DNA of 64,000 nucleotides from Mobula hypostoma (Eukaryota). The translations under genes and the position numbers were made by a program. The stretch covers positions 83,392,001 through 83,456,000 of the forward strand of contig NC_086108.1 in NCBI RefSeq assembly GCF_963921235.1, in the 5' to 3' direction. The notes beneath the pieces are model-generated. The model searched no databases. It had not been told where the DNA came from and was given only the letters and a program-made list of their open reading frames with translations. Positions within the stretch are counted from its first letter, which is position 1; each line of letters opens with the position of its first letter. Positions 1 to 11,479 of this stretch are shown here, piece after piece.

Positions 1-726
1 GGTGCTCACCTGGCGGGATTCTCACCTGGTCCCTCAACACCAGCTCCATAGCAAAGAAAGCCCAGCAGCGTCTCTACTTTCTGCAAAGGCTGAGAAAAGT
101 CCATCTCCCACACCCCATCCTCACCACGTTCTACAGAGGTTGTATTGAGAGCATCCTGAGCAGCTGCATCACGGCCTGGTTCAGAAATTGTACCATCTCT
201 GATCGCAAGACCCTACAGCAGATAGTGAGGTCAGCTGAGAAGATCATCAGGGTTTCTCTTCCCGCCATTACAGATACTTACACCACACGCTGCATCCGCA
301 AAGCAAACAGCATTATGAAGGACCCCACGCACCCCTCATACAAACTCTTCTCCCTCCTGCCATCTGGCAAAAGGCACCGAAGCATTCAGGCTCTCACAAC
401 CAGACTATGTAACAGTTTCTTCCCCCAAGTCATCAGACTCCTCAATACCCAGAGCCTGTACTGACACCAACCTACTATGTCCTCTACTGTGCCTACTGTC
501 TTGTTTATTATTTATTGTAGTGTCTGCACTGTTTTGTGCACTTTATGCAGTCCTGGATAGGTCTGTGGTCTGGTGTAGTTTTTGTGTTGTTTTCTTACGT
601 AGTTCAGTGTAGTTTTTGTATTGTTTCATGTAGCACCACGGTCCTAGAAAACACTGTCTCATTTTTACTATGTTCTTACCGGCAGTTATGGTTGAAATGA
701 CAATAAAAAGCGACTTGACTTGACTT
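1..726 (+). mobile_element. Rex1/Babar-like non-LTR retrotransposon, 3' part (RT C-terminus + 3'UTR), truncated by window edge
   Basis: Translates to ...AQQRLYFL...[13 protein letters not shown]...KDPTHPSYKLFSLLPSGKR...LCNSFFPQ; ends AATAAA + (GACTT)n tail; near-identical to 31388-33030 on the opposite strand. Confidence 0.85.
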
Positions 727-1500
727 CCTGCAGCTTGTTTTGAGTTGAGACCCTGGATCAGGTTTCAATCCAAAGGACTGACAATTCCTTTGTTTAAATA
801 GATGTTACTTGACCCTCTGAGCTCTTGCAGCGCAGTTTTTTTTTTGCTCCAGATTCCAGCAGCTGTAGACCCATGTTCTCCTTTCTAATGAGCAGTCTGG
901 TTGCAGAGTTGTGCATACAGTTTTGTTTTTACATGGAAAGGGTTAAAATGATCTGCTGGAAACGGAGAGGTGATTAGCAAGCCTGCCGGCGTGGAGGATT
1001 TGCATTTTTCCCCTCTGATCTGATTTCGGTTTTGAGCTTAGCATTAAATATGGAAGCAACAAAGGCAATTCAGTAACAGGCCCAGCTTTGCCTCAAACAA
1101 ATTCACAGAATGATTTGAATTTTTGGTGAATCGCAGATAAAGTTTCCGTACAACCTAAAGAATGTTCAACTAGGATTCTAATATATTAATCTCATTCCAC
1201 AAATAAATATTGTTCATCATGACGCATGAGTGTCTATGTTATAATTGCGCAACATGTCAGAGAGACCACACTTGGAGTAGTATGTTCAGTTCTAATCAGC
1301 CTGTTATACAGGAAGCATGAGATTAAACTGGAAAGAGTGAAAAAAAGGATATGGCCAAGTTTCAAAAGACTGAGAAAGGTTGGGTCTTTAGAGCACATAC
1401 ACAGTGGCCAATATATTAGGTCTCTTTTGTACTCTAATAAAGTGGCCACTGAGTGTATGTTTGTGGTTTTCTGCTGCTGTAGCCCATCCACTTCAAGGTT

Positions 1501-2091
1501 CTGCACGCCACAACAGACAGGATCTCCTGGTTGCCACCCACTTCAACTCTGCTTCTCATTCGGATATGTCCATACATGGCCTCCTCTACTGCCATGATGA
1601 GGCTAAACTCAGGTTGGAGGAGCAACACCTCATATACCATCCAGGTAGTCTCCAGCCCCTTGGGATGAACATTAAATTCTGCAACTTCCGGTAATTCCCT
1701 CCCCCTCCCTTCTCCTATCCCAGTTTCACTCTGCCCCCTCCCCCAGCTGCCTACTACCTCCCTCATAGTTCCACCTCCTTCTACTACCCATTGTGTTTTC
1801 CCCTATTCCTTCTTCACCTTTCCTGTCTATCACCTCCCTGCTTCCCCTCCCCCACCCCTTTACCTTTCCCCTTACTGGTTTTTCCACCTGGAACTTACCA
1901 GCCTTCTCCTTCCCACCCTCTCCCCACCTTCTTTATAGGGCCTGTGCCCCTTCCCTCTTCAGTCCTGACGAAGGGTTCCGGCCCGAAACGTCGACTCATC
2001 GTTTCCATGGATGATGCCCGACCTGCTGAGTTCCTCCAGCGTATTGTGAGTGTTGCTTTGACCCCAGCATCTGCAGAGTATTTTGTGTTTG
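1501..2091 (+). mobile_element. Penelope-like element 3' fragment (GIY-YIG C-terminus, pyrimidine-rich UTR, hammerhead)
   Basis: QDLLVATHFNSASHS...RLEEQHLIYH.GSLQP.GMNI.F; perfect 12-bp TSD CACTTCAAGGTT at 1489-1500 and 2092-2103. Confidence 0.9.
1960..1996 (+). ncRNA. Minimal type I hammerhead ribozyme
   Basis: AGTC-CTGACGA-A-GGGT(TCCG)GCCC-GAAA-CG-TC-GACT; core intact, predicted cleavage after 1992. Confidence 0.75.
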
Positions 2092-2584
2092 CACTTCAAG
2101 GTTGGGTGTGTTGTGCATTCAGAGATGCTCTTCTGCAAACCACTGTTGTAACGCATGGCTATTTGAGTTACTGTCGCCTTCCTGTCAGCCTGAACCAATC
2201 TGACCATTCTTCTCTAACCCATCTTGTTAACAAGGCATTATTGCCCACAGAACTGCTGCTCAATGGAGTTTTTTTTTTGTTTTGTTTTTTTTGCCCAGTT
2301 CTCTGTGAACTCTACAATCTATTGTGTGTGAAAATCCCAAGAGGTCAGCAGATTTTGAGACACACAAACCACCCCATTGGATACCAATAATCATTCCACA
2401 GACAGTCACTTAGATCACATTTATTCCCTTTCTGATGTATGGCAAGATCAACAACTGAACCTCTTGAACATGTCTGCATGCTTTTATGCATTGAGTTGCG
2501 GCCACATCAGTCACTGTTCAGATTTTTGCTTTAATAAGCAGGTGTACATATGTACCTAATAAAGTTGCCACTGAGCGTAGATGA

Positions 2585-2920
2585 CTGAGTTGTGATCTCA
2601 GAGAGGTATTTAAAATCATGAGGGATATAAATAGGATAAACAGTGCTTTCCCCCCAGTGTTTGGGAATTGAAAACTAGGGGAAAAGTTTAATAATAACCT
2701 TTAGGTGAAAAGTTTAATAAGAACCTGAGGGATTTTATTTTGGCTTACGTATCGAACCAGCTGCCAGAGAAAGTAATGAGGCAGGTACATTTTAGAAGTA
2801 TATGAGCAGGTATATGGATGACAAAAATTTAGAGGGATATAGGCCAAGTACTGCAAAAAGGAATTTGCCTAAACATACATCTTGGCTGGTAGGGACCAAA
2901 GGCTCTTTTTCTATGCTATA
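2585..2920 (+). mobile_element. Degraded CR1 LINE 3' fragment
   Basis: Degenerate DL.EVFKIMR...TRG...F motif and CR1-like 3' end. Confidence 0.6.
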
Positions 2921-2940
2921 AAACTTTGTGACTGAACTCC

Positions 2941-3637
2941 AAGGAGAGGAGGAGAGGAGAAGATGGTGACGCGACGTAGCTCGCAGCGGCCACTCCAGTG
3001 GGATGTCTGTTATTTGTCAAGAAGGATGTCATGCACAATCTTGATTTGATGGAGACGGCTGTGAGAGCACGGAGGAACATCTGGTGAAACTTCTGAAATG
3101 CCTGCTTCGCTGCTGCTGCTACTGTGTGGTCCGAAATCTCCGGAGGGGAAGGCCCCGAGTCCTCGGCTTTGACTTGTTGCTCGGTGGCCGGGGCGGGGTC
3201 GAAGCGCTCAGCAGAGGATGGTGCTCGGAGAGGCTGTGTCAAAGGGCTGGTTGGAGGCTCGAAGTTTTCGGACAGACTCAGACTCCGCTGCGGTCGGGTG
3301 CTTCCAATGGTGCTGCATCGGCAAGTTTGCGGCGCTTGGAGGTTCATAGCAGGGAGAGTTTCTCCCTTCTACCATCTGCGTGAGATGATGAGGCTATCGG
3401 GACTTTGAGACTTTTTTTCTAACCGTGCCCATGGTCTGCTCTTTATCAAATTACGGTATTGCTTGGCACTGTTGTAACTATATGTTATAATTATGTGGTT
3501 TTGTCAGTTTTAGTCTTGGTTTGTCCTGTGTTTCTTGTGATATCATTCTGGAGGAACACTGTATCATTTTTTAATGCATGCATTTCTAAATGACAATAAA
3601 CGAGGACTGAGTGTCCTCATAATCTAATCTAATCTAA
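2941..3637 (+). mobile_element. GC-rich non-coding, non-autonomous retroposon (SINE-like), probably mobilised by Rex1-like LINEs
   Basis: Homologous to 51958-52617; purine-rich head, AAGATGG, Rex1-like 3' end, AATAAA, GAGGAC/GTCCTC hairpin and (AATCT)n tail. Confidence 0.7.
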
Positions 3638-4948
3638 GATGACTTTGCCATTGAGGAAGATATTATGGGTTAGGCAGCAAAACATCACAGTAGGAAAGCC
3701 ACACTACTACCTATCTTTGGCTTCATTAACATCTTCTCATCAGGTTGGAAATACTGAACAAGTGGTGGCCTGTTGGGGACAATCGCCTGGGTTCTGCACA
3801 AGTCTAAAGGCACTAAAGCCAAGCAAGTACAAGATAGTTTGCTATTAGACTGAACCCCCTTTTGGGGAACCTCTTGATTCCTTTGTCCCAAATTTTTGTT
3901 TTAAAGATAATGTACAGGACAATTTGTGAAGAGGCAACTAGTGGTATTTTCAATGATTGCTGGTTAGCTTTCTCAAACTTAGGGGAAAGTGAGTTTTACA
4001 TCCTCTGTATATGCTGCCCCCATTTCCACTTGGACAAAATCATTAAGGTTGCTATGTATGTGTGGCTCCCCAATTTAATCCCACATTTGTTTCAAGTGTG
4101 CCTAAAATTGGATAGATATTCAAAACTGTGCGCAATATTCCAAAGTATCCCCATGAGTGAATTCAGAGACCAAATAAACTATCTTTAAATGTATTCTGTG
4201 TGAAATACAGTGCCTTGAAAAAGTATTCAGTCCCCACAACTATTTTCATATTTTACTGTCTCATTTTCTAATGTTAAGATGTATTGAAGTAGGATTTTTG
4301 AGCTAATCCACTAAACATTGTGCATCATGTCAAATCGAAAGAAAGATTCCAAAATCTGTCAATAACTTACTAAAAACTAAAAACCAAATTTGTGAGGTTG
4401 GAGAAACTCATCCCCTTTGTAATTACTACACTAACTTTCCTCAGTGGCAATATATTAACTTACCAACACCCTATTTGCTGATGTAGAAAATTGGATAATC
4501 ACCTGTTTTCAATTAATTCCTATGAATAAGCACCCCCTCTCTCTGTATGGTAGATTTTCAACAGACCAAACCAAAATGAAGGCAAAAGAGTATTCAATCC
4601 AAGTCAGGAAAATGGTAATGGAGAAGCACAACCCTGGGGTGGGTACAAGACCATCTAGAAGGCACTGAACATACCTCAGAGCTCAGTTCAGTTCACTGTG
4701 AAAAAGTGGAAACAAAATGAAACCACAGCCACACTGCCGAGGTCAGGCCGCTCCTCCAAATTTAGCCACTAGAGAAGAATGACACTTGTAAGAGGCTATT
4801 GTGATGCAAAGTCACTCTGAGTGAGCTGCAAAAGTCAGTGGTTGAAACTGGCGATGAAGTTCATGGCTCCACAATCTCTAAGGCCTTGAACGAAAATGGT
4901 ATTGATGGAAGGTGCCCTGGCTTAAAAACAAAGCATATCCTTTCCCAT

Positions 4949-6527
4949 CAACATGAGAAATTCTGCAGATGCTGGAAATTCAAGCAACACATAAAGTTGC
5001 TGGTAAACGCAGCAGGCCAGTCAGCATCTCTAGGAAGAGGTACAGTCGACGTTTTGGACCGAGACCCTTTGTCAGGACTAACTGAAGGAAGAGGTAGTAA
5101 GAGATTTGAAAGAGGGAGGGGGAGGGGGAGATCCAAAATGGTAGGAGAAGACAGGAGGGGGAGGGATGGAGCCAAGAGCTGGACAGGTGATAGGCAAAAG
5201 GGATACGAGAGGATCATGGGACAGGAGGTCCGGGGAGAAAGAAAAGGGGGGGGGCCAGAGGATGGGCAAGGGGTATAGTCAGAGGGACAGAGGGAGAAAA
5301 AGGAGAGAGAGAAAGAATGTGTGTATATAAATAAATAACGGATGGGGTACGAGGGGGAGGTGGGGCATTAGCGGAAGTTAGAGAAGTCAATGTTCATGCC
5401 ATCAGGTCGGAGGCTACCCAGACGGAATATAAGGTGTGGTTCCTCCAACCTGAGTGTGGCTTCATCTTTACAGTAGAGGAGGCCGTGGACAGACCTATCA
5501 GAATGGGAATGGGATGTGGAATTAAAATGTGTGGCCACTGGGAGATCCTGCTTTCTCTGGCGGACAGAGCGTGGGTGTTCAGCAAAACGATCTCCCAGTA
5601 TGCGTCGGGTCTCGCCAATATATAGAAGGCCACATCGGGAGCACCAGACGCAGTATATCACCCCAGCCAACTCACAGGTGAAGTGTCGCCTCACCTGGAA
5701 GGACTGTCTGGGGCCCTGAATGGTGGTAAGGGAGGAAGTGTAAGGGCATGTGTAGCACTTGTTCCACTTACAAGGATAAGTGCCAGGAGGGAGATCGGTG
5801 GGAAGGGATGTGGGGGGATGAATGGGCAAGGGAGTCGCATAGGGAGCGATCCCTGTGGAAAGCAGAGTGGTGGGGGGGAGTGTAAGATGTGCTTAGTGGT
5901 GGGATCCCGTTGGAGGTGGCGGAAGTTACGGAGAATAATATGTTGGACCCGAAGGCTGGTGGGGGGGTAGGTGAGGACCGGGGGACCCTATTCCTAGTGG
6001 GGTGGTGGGAGGATGGAGTGAGAGCAGATGTGCGTGAAATGGGGGAGATGCGTTTGAGAGCAGAGTTGATGGTGGAGGAAGGGAAGCCCCTTTCTTTAAA
6101 AAAGGACATCTCCCTTGTCCTGGAATGGAAAGCCTCATCCTGAGAGCAGATGTGGCAGAGATGGAGGAATTGCGAGAAGGAGATGGCATTTTTGCAAGAG
6201 ACAGGGTGAGAAGAGGAATAGTCCAGATAGCTGTGAGAGTCAGTAGACTTATAATAGACATCAGTAGATAAGCTGTCTCCAGAGATAGAGACAGAAAGAT
6301 CTAGAAAGGGGAGGGAGGTGTCAGAAATGGACCAGGTAAACTTGAGGGCAAGGTGAAAGTTGGAGGCAAAGTTAATGAAGTCAACAAGCTCAGCATGCGT
6401 GCAGGAAGCAGCGCCAATGCAGTCGTCGATGTAGTGAAGGAAAAGTGGGGGACAGATACCAGAATAGGTACGGAACATAGATTGTTCCACAAAGCCAACA
6501 AAAAGGCAGGCATAGCTAGGACCCATA
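4949..6527 (-). mobile_element. Penelope-like element (RT C-terminal half + GIY-YIG endonuclease + 3' hammerhead region), 5' truncated
   Basis: ORF 5768-6526 MGPSYACLFVG...YIDDC...FLDL; ORF 5368-5829 GVIYCVWCSRCGLLYIGET.R.L.DRFAEH; imperfect TSD CCTT(T)CCC(A/G)T. Confidence 0.92.
5043..5080 (-). ncRNA. Degenerate hammerhead ribozyme (core mutated)
   Basis: Reads TAGTC-CTGACAA-A-GGGTCTCGGTCC-AAAA-CGTC-GACTG; two conserved core Gs are changed to A, so probably inactive. Confidence 0.6.
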
Positions 6528-7225
6528 CCTTCCCGTAAAGACTTTGCAAAACATCACTTAGAAGACACAGTAAAGATGTGGAAGAAGGGCTTGTGGTCAG
6601 GTGAGACTAAGGTGAAACTTTTTTGCCTCAACACTTACCAGTACAGATGGTGTTAATCTAATACTATGCATCAGCCAGGTAACACTATCCTTACTGTAAA
6701 GTATGTTTGGAAGTGGCATTATGCTATGAGGATGGCTTTCAGCAGCAGGGACTGGAAATCCAGTCAGGATTGATGGAAAGATGAATACTACTAAATAGAG
6801 AGAGATCCTGGATCAAAACCTGCTAGCCTCTGCCAGAAAGCTTAAACCGGGGAGGAAGTTCATCTTTCAGCAGGACAATGACCTGAAGCACATTGCCGGA
6901 ATGACCATCAATTATCTTCAAATGAAGAAAGTTTACAGTATGTCCTTGGGTGGCCTAGTCAGAGTCCTGAGCTTAACCCAATCCAAGCTCTCCGGCAAGA
7001 CCTCAGGATTGTTGTCTACAACTGATCCAAAACTAACATGACACACACAGCTTGAGCAATTTTGCAAGGAGGAATCGTGCAAAGCTAATAGAGACTTATC
7101 CAAAAAGACTACTGGCTGTAATAGCTGCAAGATGTAGTTCAACCAAGTACAACATAGATAGGGATGAATACCTTTGAACCACTGACATTTCGGTTTAATT
7201 TGTAGATTTTCATACTTTACAATAG

Positions 7226-8317
7226 GCCTTATTCAGTACGCTTTCCTCAAGGGAAAATCTTGACCGACAAACCTGTTGGAATTCTTTTAAGAAATAACAA
7301 GCAGGATGGACAACGGAGAGTTGGCTGATGTTGTGTACTTGGATTTTGACAAGGTGCCACACATGAGGCTGCTTAACAAGTTAAGAGCCCATGGTATTAC
7401 AGAAAAGATACTAGCATGGATAAAGCAGTGGCTAATTGGCAGGAGGCGAAGAGTGGGACTAAAGGGAGTTTTTACTACGTCAGTGACTTGGATGATGGAA
7501 TTGATGGCTTTGCTGCAAAGTTTGGGGACAATATGAAGATAGGTGGAGGGGCAGGTAGTTTTAAGGAAGTAGATAGGCTACAGAAGGACAGACAGATTAG
7601 GAAAATGGGCAAAATGGCAGATGGAATACAGTGTCAGGAAATGCGTGGTCATGTACTTTGGTAAAAGAAATAAAAAGGTTGACTATTTTCTAAACAGAGA
7701 GAAAATTCAAAAATCTGAATATGTATCTAATGTTGCGACTTTAACAAAGAACTGGTGAGGCCTCACTTAGAGTATTGTGAGCAGTTTTGGGCCCCTTATC
7801 TTAGAAAGGATGTGCTGAAATTGGAGAGGGTTCAAAAGAGGTTCATAAAAATCATTCCAGAATTCAACAGCTTGTCACATGAAGAGTGCTTGATGGCTCT
7901 GGGCCTGTATTCACTGGAACTCAGAAGAATGAGGAGTGATCTAATTAAAACGTATCAAATAGTGATAGGTCTTATTAGACTGGATGTGGAGAGGATGTTT
8001 CCCGTGGTGGGAGAGGGACCAGAGGACACAGCCTTAGAATAGAGAGGCGTTCTTTTATAACGGAGATTAGGATGAATTTCTTTAGCCACACAGTAGTGAA
8101 TCTGTGGAATTCGTTGCCACAGGCAGCTGTGGAGGCCAAGTCTTTTTGTATACCAGGCAAAGGCTGATAGATTCTTGATTGGCCAGGGGATGAAAGGATA
8201 TGGGGAGAAGGCAGGAGATTGAAGCTGAGAGGGAAAATGGATCAGCCATGATAAAATAGTGGAGAAGAATCGATGGGCCAAAAGGCCTAATTTTGCTCCT
8301 ATACCTTATGGTCTAAA
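7226..8317 (+). mobile_element. CR1 LINE ORF2 3' part, inserted in Tc1
   Basis: DVVYLDFDKVPH.RLL.KL; RPHLEYCEQFWAPYLRKD; 3' end GCTCCTATACCTTATGGTCT. Confidence 0.88.
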
Positions 8318-8996
8318 ATCCCTGGTTGACATACTTAATAATGTGAACAAAGGGTCAGGGGCCGAATACTTTTAAAAGTCACTGTACATGCCACTAATTT
8401 GTAAGAACCATTATAAATGTTGATTAACATGCGAGGGTTAATAGTATCAGTACATCAGAAATATAAAACACACTAAGGAGGAAATCCACCAGTTTTGGAT
8501 GCTTCCTGAGTTGTAGACCACATGAGTACTGCAGTACTCAAAAACACAACTAAACTATTTAAATTGGGCTGCTTAACAGAAGGCCAGCTGCGGCTTTCTG
8601 GCACCATTCTCTACAGCTCACAGAAATTGTTCTGCTCTTTGCCACTCAAAAGCTCTTAGCAAAAAAAAAAAACTCATCAACTATTGCAAAAGGCCTTCTG
8701 TTCCAGGATCATTCAACAGCCAAATTAATGCTTGATCGAGCACTATGCTTCGTGCATCACTAGTTTGAATCCTACTGCATCCAAAGGATCTCGATTCACT
8801 TAGATGTCCTCTTTGTGGTCTGGAGTGCTGGCTGCACATCTAAAATCCTACCTGAAAATTTGTTCATCTGGGCAAATAGGGGCACAAGGTCCCTGCTAGA
8901 TTTTCAACTTTTGCTTTATCGTTTCTCTGGAATGGAATTGTGTAAAAGCAATTCATCATCTCCCATTGGAATCAAGACAGAATTTGCAAGACTATA

Positions 8997-9253
8997 ACAC
9001 AAGGAATTCTGCAGATGCTGGAAATTCAAGCAACACACATCAAAGTTGCTGGTGAACACAGCAGGCCAGGCAGCATCTCTAGGAAGAGGTACAGTCGACG
9101 TTTCAGGCCGAGACCCTTCGTCAGGACACTCTTCGACCACATTTTGACTCAGACTCGCTATCACAGCCATATATCCTTTCTTGGAACGTGCCTCCGTCGC
9201 CAACTTACTCCAGTTGGCTTTAGGATTCGTTTCCGAGCCTCTCAATTTGGACC
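8997..9253. mobile_element. Bipartite Penelope-like mini-insertion: 3' tail + hammerhead on - strand (8997-9127) fused to a probable ORF N-terminal piece on + strand (9128-9253)
   Basis: 13-bp TSD TTGCAAG(A/G)CTATA at 8984-8996 and 9254-9266; tail matches 4950-5080; + part reads LFDHILTQTRYHSHISFLGTCLRRQLTPVGFRIRF. Confidence 0.8.
9092..9127 (-). ncRNA. Minimal type I hammerhead ribozyme, sense to MOB3C intron
   Basis: GTC-CTGACGA-A-GGGTCTCGGCCT-GAAA-CG-TC-GACTG; core intact, stem I shortened to 3 bp. Confidence 0.65.
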
Positions 9254-9492
9254 TTGCAAGGCTATATCTGTGTTCAAAGATAATTTTTTAAATGCAGCTA
9301 CCAACCAAATCTTAGAAGAACATACATTTTTTAAAAATTCTAAACAGAAACAGAGTTGCAAATTAGCTCAGCTATTTCAGTGACTTGTAAATATTTTGCA
9401 TTCAGCACTTAACTGATTCTACCAATACTAATTTAAAGCTTGTCACCACCTTTACCATATGCAAGCGTTTGTTTTACTCTTAAAAGTCTTAC

Positions 9493-9910
9493 CAACTCTG
9501 GTGGGGAAATTGTCCTCATCATTGATTAGGGTTTCAATCCAATCCATGAGCAAATTCATATACTGTGGAGCAGTCACTTTTGTAGGCTTCTTGTACTTGT
9601 GTTCATCCTGCCATCTGTATTCGTACTTCAGCCCTCCTGACATGATAGGACAGCTCCTTGCAGTGCAGTACTCACAAATGGTACCATAGATGAGGTTGAT
9701 TCGATTGAAGAAGTCTACAGTGTTCACTGCAATCCAGTCATTGAGGTTTTCCCCAGTAGGAAGCTGGACTACAGTCTTGAGATCAACACCAGATTTAAGT
9801 GAGGCCTGAGCTTTCTTATACAACTCAAACCGTTGGGTTCCAGGCTCAAATTTTTTTCGAGGTCGAAATGTCCTGTCTTTATTGAAAACTTGCTTCAGAC
9901 AAAGGGCCAT
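9493..9910 (-). CDS. MOB3C: MOB kinase activator 3C, first coding exon (139 codons + 1 nt, phase-1 intron follows)
   Basis: [41 protein letters not shown]...[12 protein letters not shown]...YEYRWQD...[18 protein letters not shown]; strong Kozak context AAGATGG; donor G|GTAAG at 9492; MALCLKQVF start and PTRVG end fit the 3C paralogue. Confidence 0.93.
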
Positions 9911-10068
9911 CTTCAAAATGGTGTAGAATGTCAAAAGTGGAACGTTTCTCTCTTAAACACAATTCAGCGCAGAAGCAATTCACTTGTCTTGACAGTGCTA
10001 ATGGGTAGATGTCAAGAGGTCACTCACTCAGGTCATTCTTCACAGCTTGATGTGGCAAACAAAATTTT
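9911..10068 (-). other. MOB3C: Probable 5'UTR part of the MOB3C coding exon
   Basis: Acceptor TTTTTTTTTGACAG| on - strand with AG at 10070-10069. Confidence 0.6.
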
Positions 10069-10511
10069 CTGTCAAAAAAAAATTTGAAGTTATTTTCTTT
10101 TGTCAATAAGCAAGTTTGAGTCATGTTATCAGGGATCCATTTAAGCATAAATCTACTTTGCACTGAAGTTCTCATGACAAGTACTCCTCAAGTTATGACA
10201 GGGTTCTCGTTCTGGGAAGGGATTATAACCTGAACTGCTTACAATTTGGAAAGGTATTGTGAACCAAGTTCCTACATGCCTGCAGAGGTGTGTTGTCCCA
10301 TAGGAATCGAAAGTTTGGAGAAGCAGCATAAATCTCATTTTGCTTTCTTAATAATAAAACTGATATTAACAAGTTCATCCTAAGGCTATTTCAGGCAATT
10401 ACTAATCATTTTTCAGAAGATATTCCTGCAAATGAGGTTTTAAAATGGTATTGATAATTTTTAAAAAGGACGCTGCTGTTGTTTCAGTTGCTGTGTCTCT
10501 AGATCATTCAT

Positions 10512-10865
10512 TATATGCTATGTCGTATGACGTAGGTGATCATGGTCTTTCCATGACCATGACTATTCTTGGTAAATTGTTCCACAGATGTGATTTTCCA
10601 TTGCCTTTACAAGATGGGTGACTCCAGTCCATTATCAATACTCTTCAGAGATTGTCTCTCTGGTGGCCTGGTGTCAATGGTTGCACCAGCTGCAAATATA
10701 ACAATCCACCACCTTCTCCCATGGCTTCACGTTACCCCTGATCAGCTGGGGGTGGGGGGCGGGGGGCTGGTTAAACAGGTGCTAACACTTTGCCCAAGGG
10801 TGACCTGCAGGCTAGTGGAAGGAAGAAGAACCTTACACCTCCTTTGGTAGAGACTTATCTCCAGG
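10512..10865 (-). mobile_element. Probable RTE-related SINE
   Basis: Minus strand contains AAGGCAATGGAAAATCAC...TTTACCAAGAA...CATG, resembling RTE/BovB-type GGCAAACCAC...TTGCCAAGAAAA elements (from memory, not aligned). Confidence 0.45.
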
Positions 10866-11479
10866 TAGGATTCAAAAATAGCCATCAATGTGTTAACAAA
10901 AATATATTCTTGAGTTTAATGTCACAGACTTCCAGCTAACATCAAGAATAGTCACCAGCAGCCCTGTGGCAGCTAGGAAATTCATCCCACCATTTTCTCA
11001 AATACTTCATCCCATGTATGGGTTGTACACAAGTCAATTGTTTGTAAGCTAGGGAAGACCCATATTAATATTCAGACTAACAACATTGAAATACAAAGCT
11101 GTAATAAAAGCAAATCTTACATGCAATCCTTTTCAGTAGTGCAACGAATTACACATTTCTCTCCTAGTTCTGTTTAAAGATTTTTTCTGAACTTACTCTT
11201 TTTTTGCTCATTATCTTATGCTGATAATTACACTGATGTTTTCCAGTTTAATTGGTTCTCACAGGTGGAAACATTGGCTGAGGAATTACTCCACATTATT
11301 TTTGATGTTAAAGAGCTTAAAGTTCACCTTTACACCATTTGTGAAAGTCACATGAAGAACAAAAGTTTTAACTGTAATGTTTACAAGAGCAACGTTATTG
11401 GGTTTCCATATGCAAAATATATATCAGGTTGCTATTTATTGATTTCACAGCTTGGTATTCTACACCATCATCCCCTCAG

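Larger units (their letters stand above)
1402..2575. mobile_element. Non-autonomous Tc1/mariner-like DNA transposon, split by a Penelope-like insertion
   Basis: Ends CAGTGGCCAATATATTAGGT / ACCTAATAAAGTTGCCACTG are inverted repeats; a second copy lies at 47272-47808 in the opposite orientation. Confidence 0.7.
4208..8384 (+). mobile_element. Tc1 DNA transposon with decayed transposase, interrupted by Penelope-like and CR1 insertions
   Basis: TA-CAGTGCCTTGAAAAAGTATTC... and ...GAATACTTTTAAAAGTCACTG-TA terminal inverted repeats (TIRs); transposase pieces MKAKEYS (from ~4576), LPRSGR, WSGETK, FQQDND.KH, WPSQSPELNPI. Confidence 0.9.

Noticed and set aside
1..9490. Downstream MOB3C exons (VPFPKNF...HVYIHHF...)
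   Set aside because: Not found by eye in the unique segments; probably outside the window.
9452..9934. 160-aa single-exon MOB ORF as given in the ORF track
   Set aside because: The track starts at a TTG and reads through the splice donor. The real start is ATG 9910 and similarity ends at the GT at 9492, so it is an exon, not a retrogene or complete CDS.
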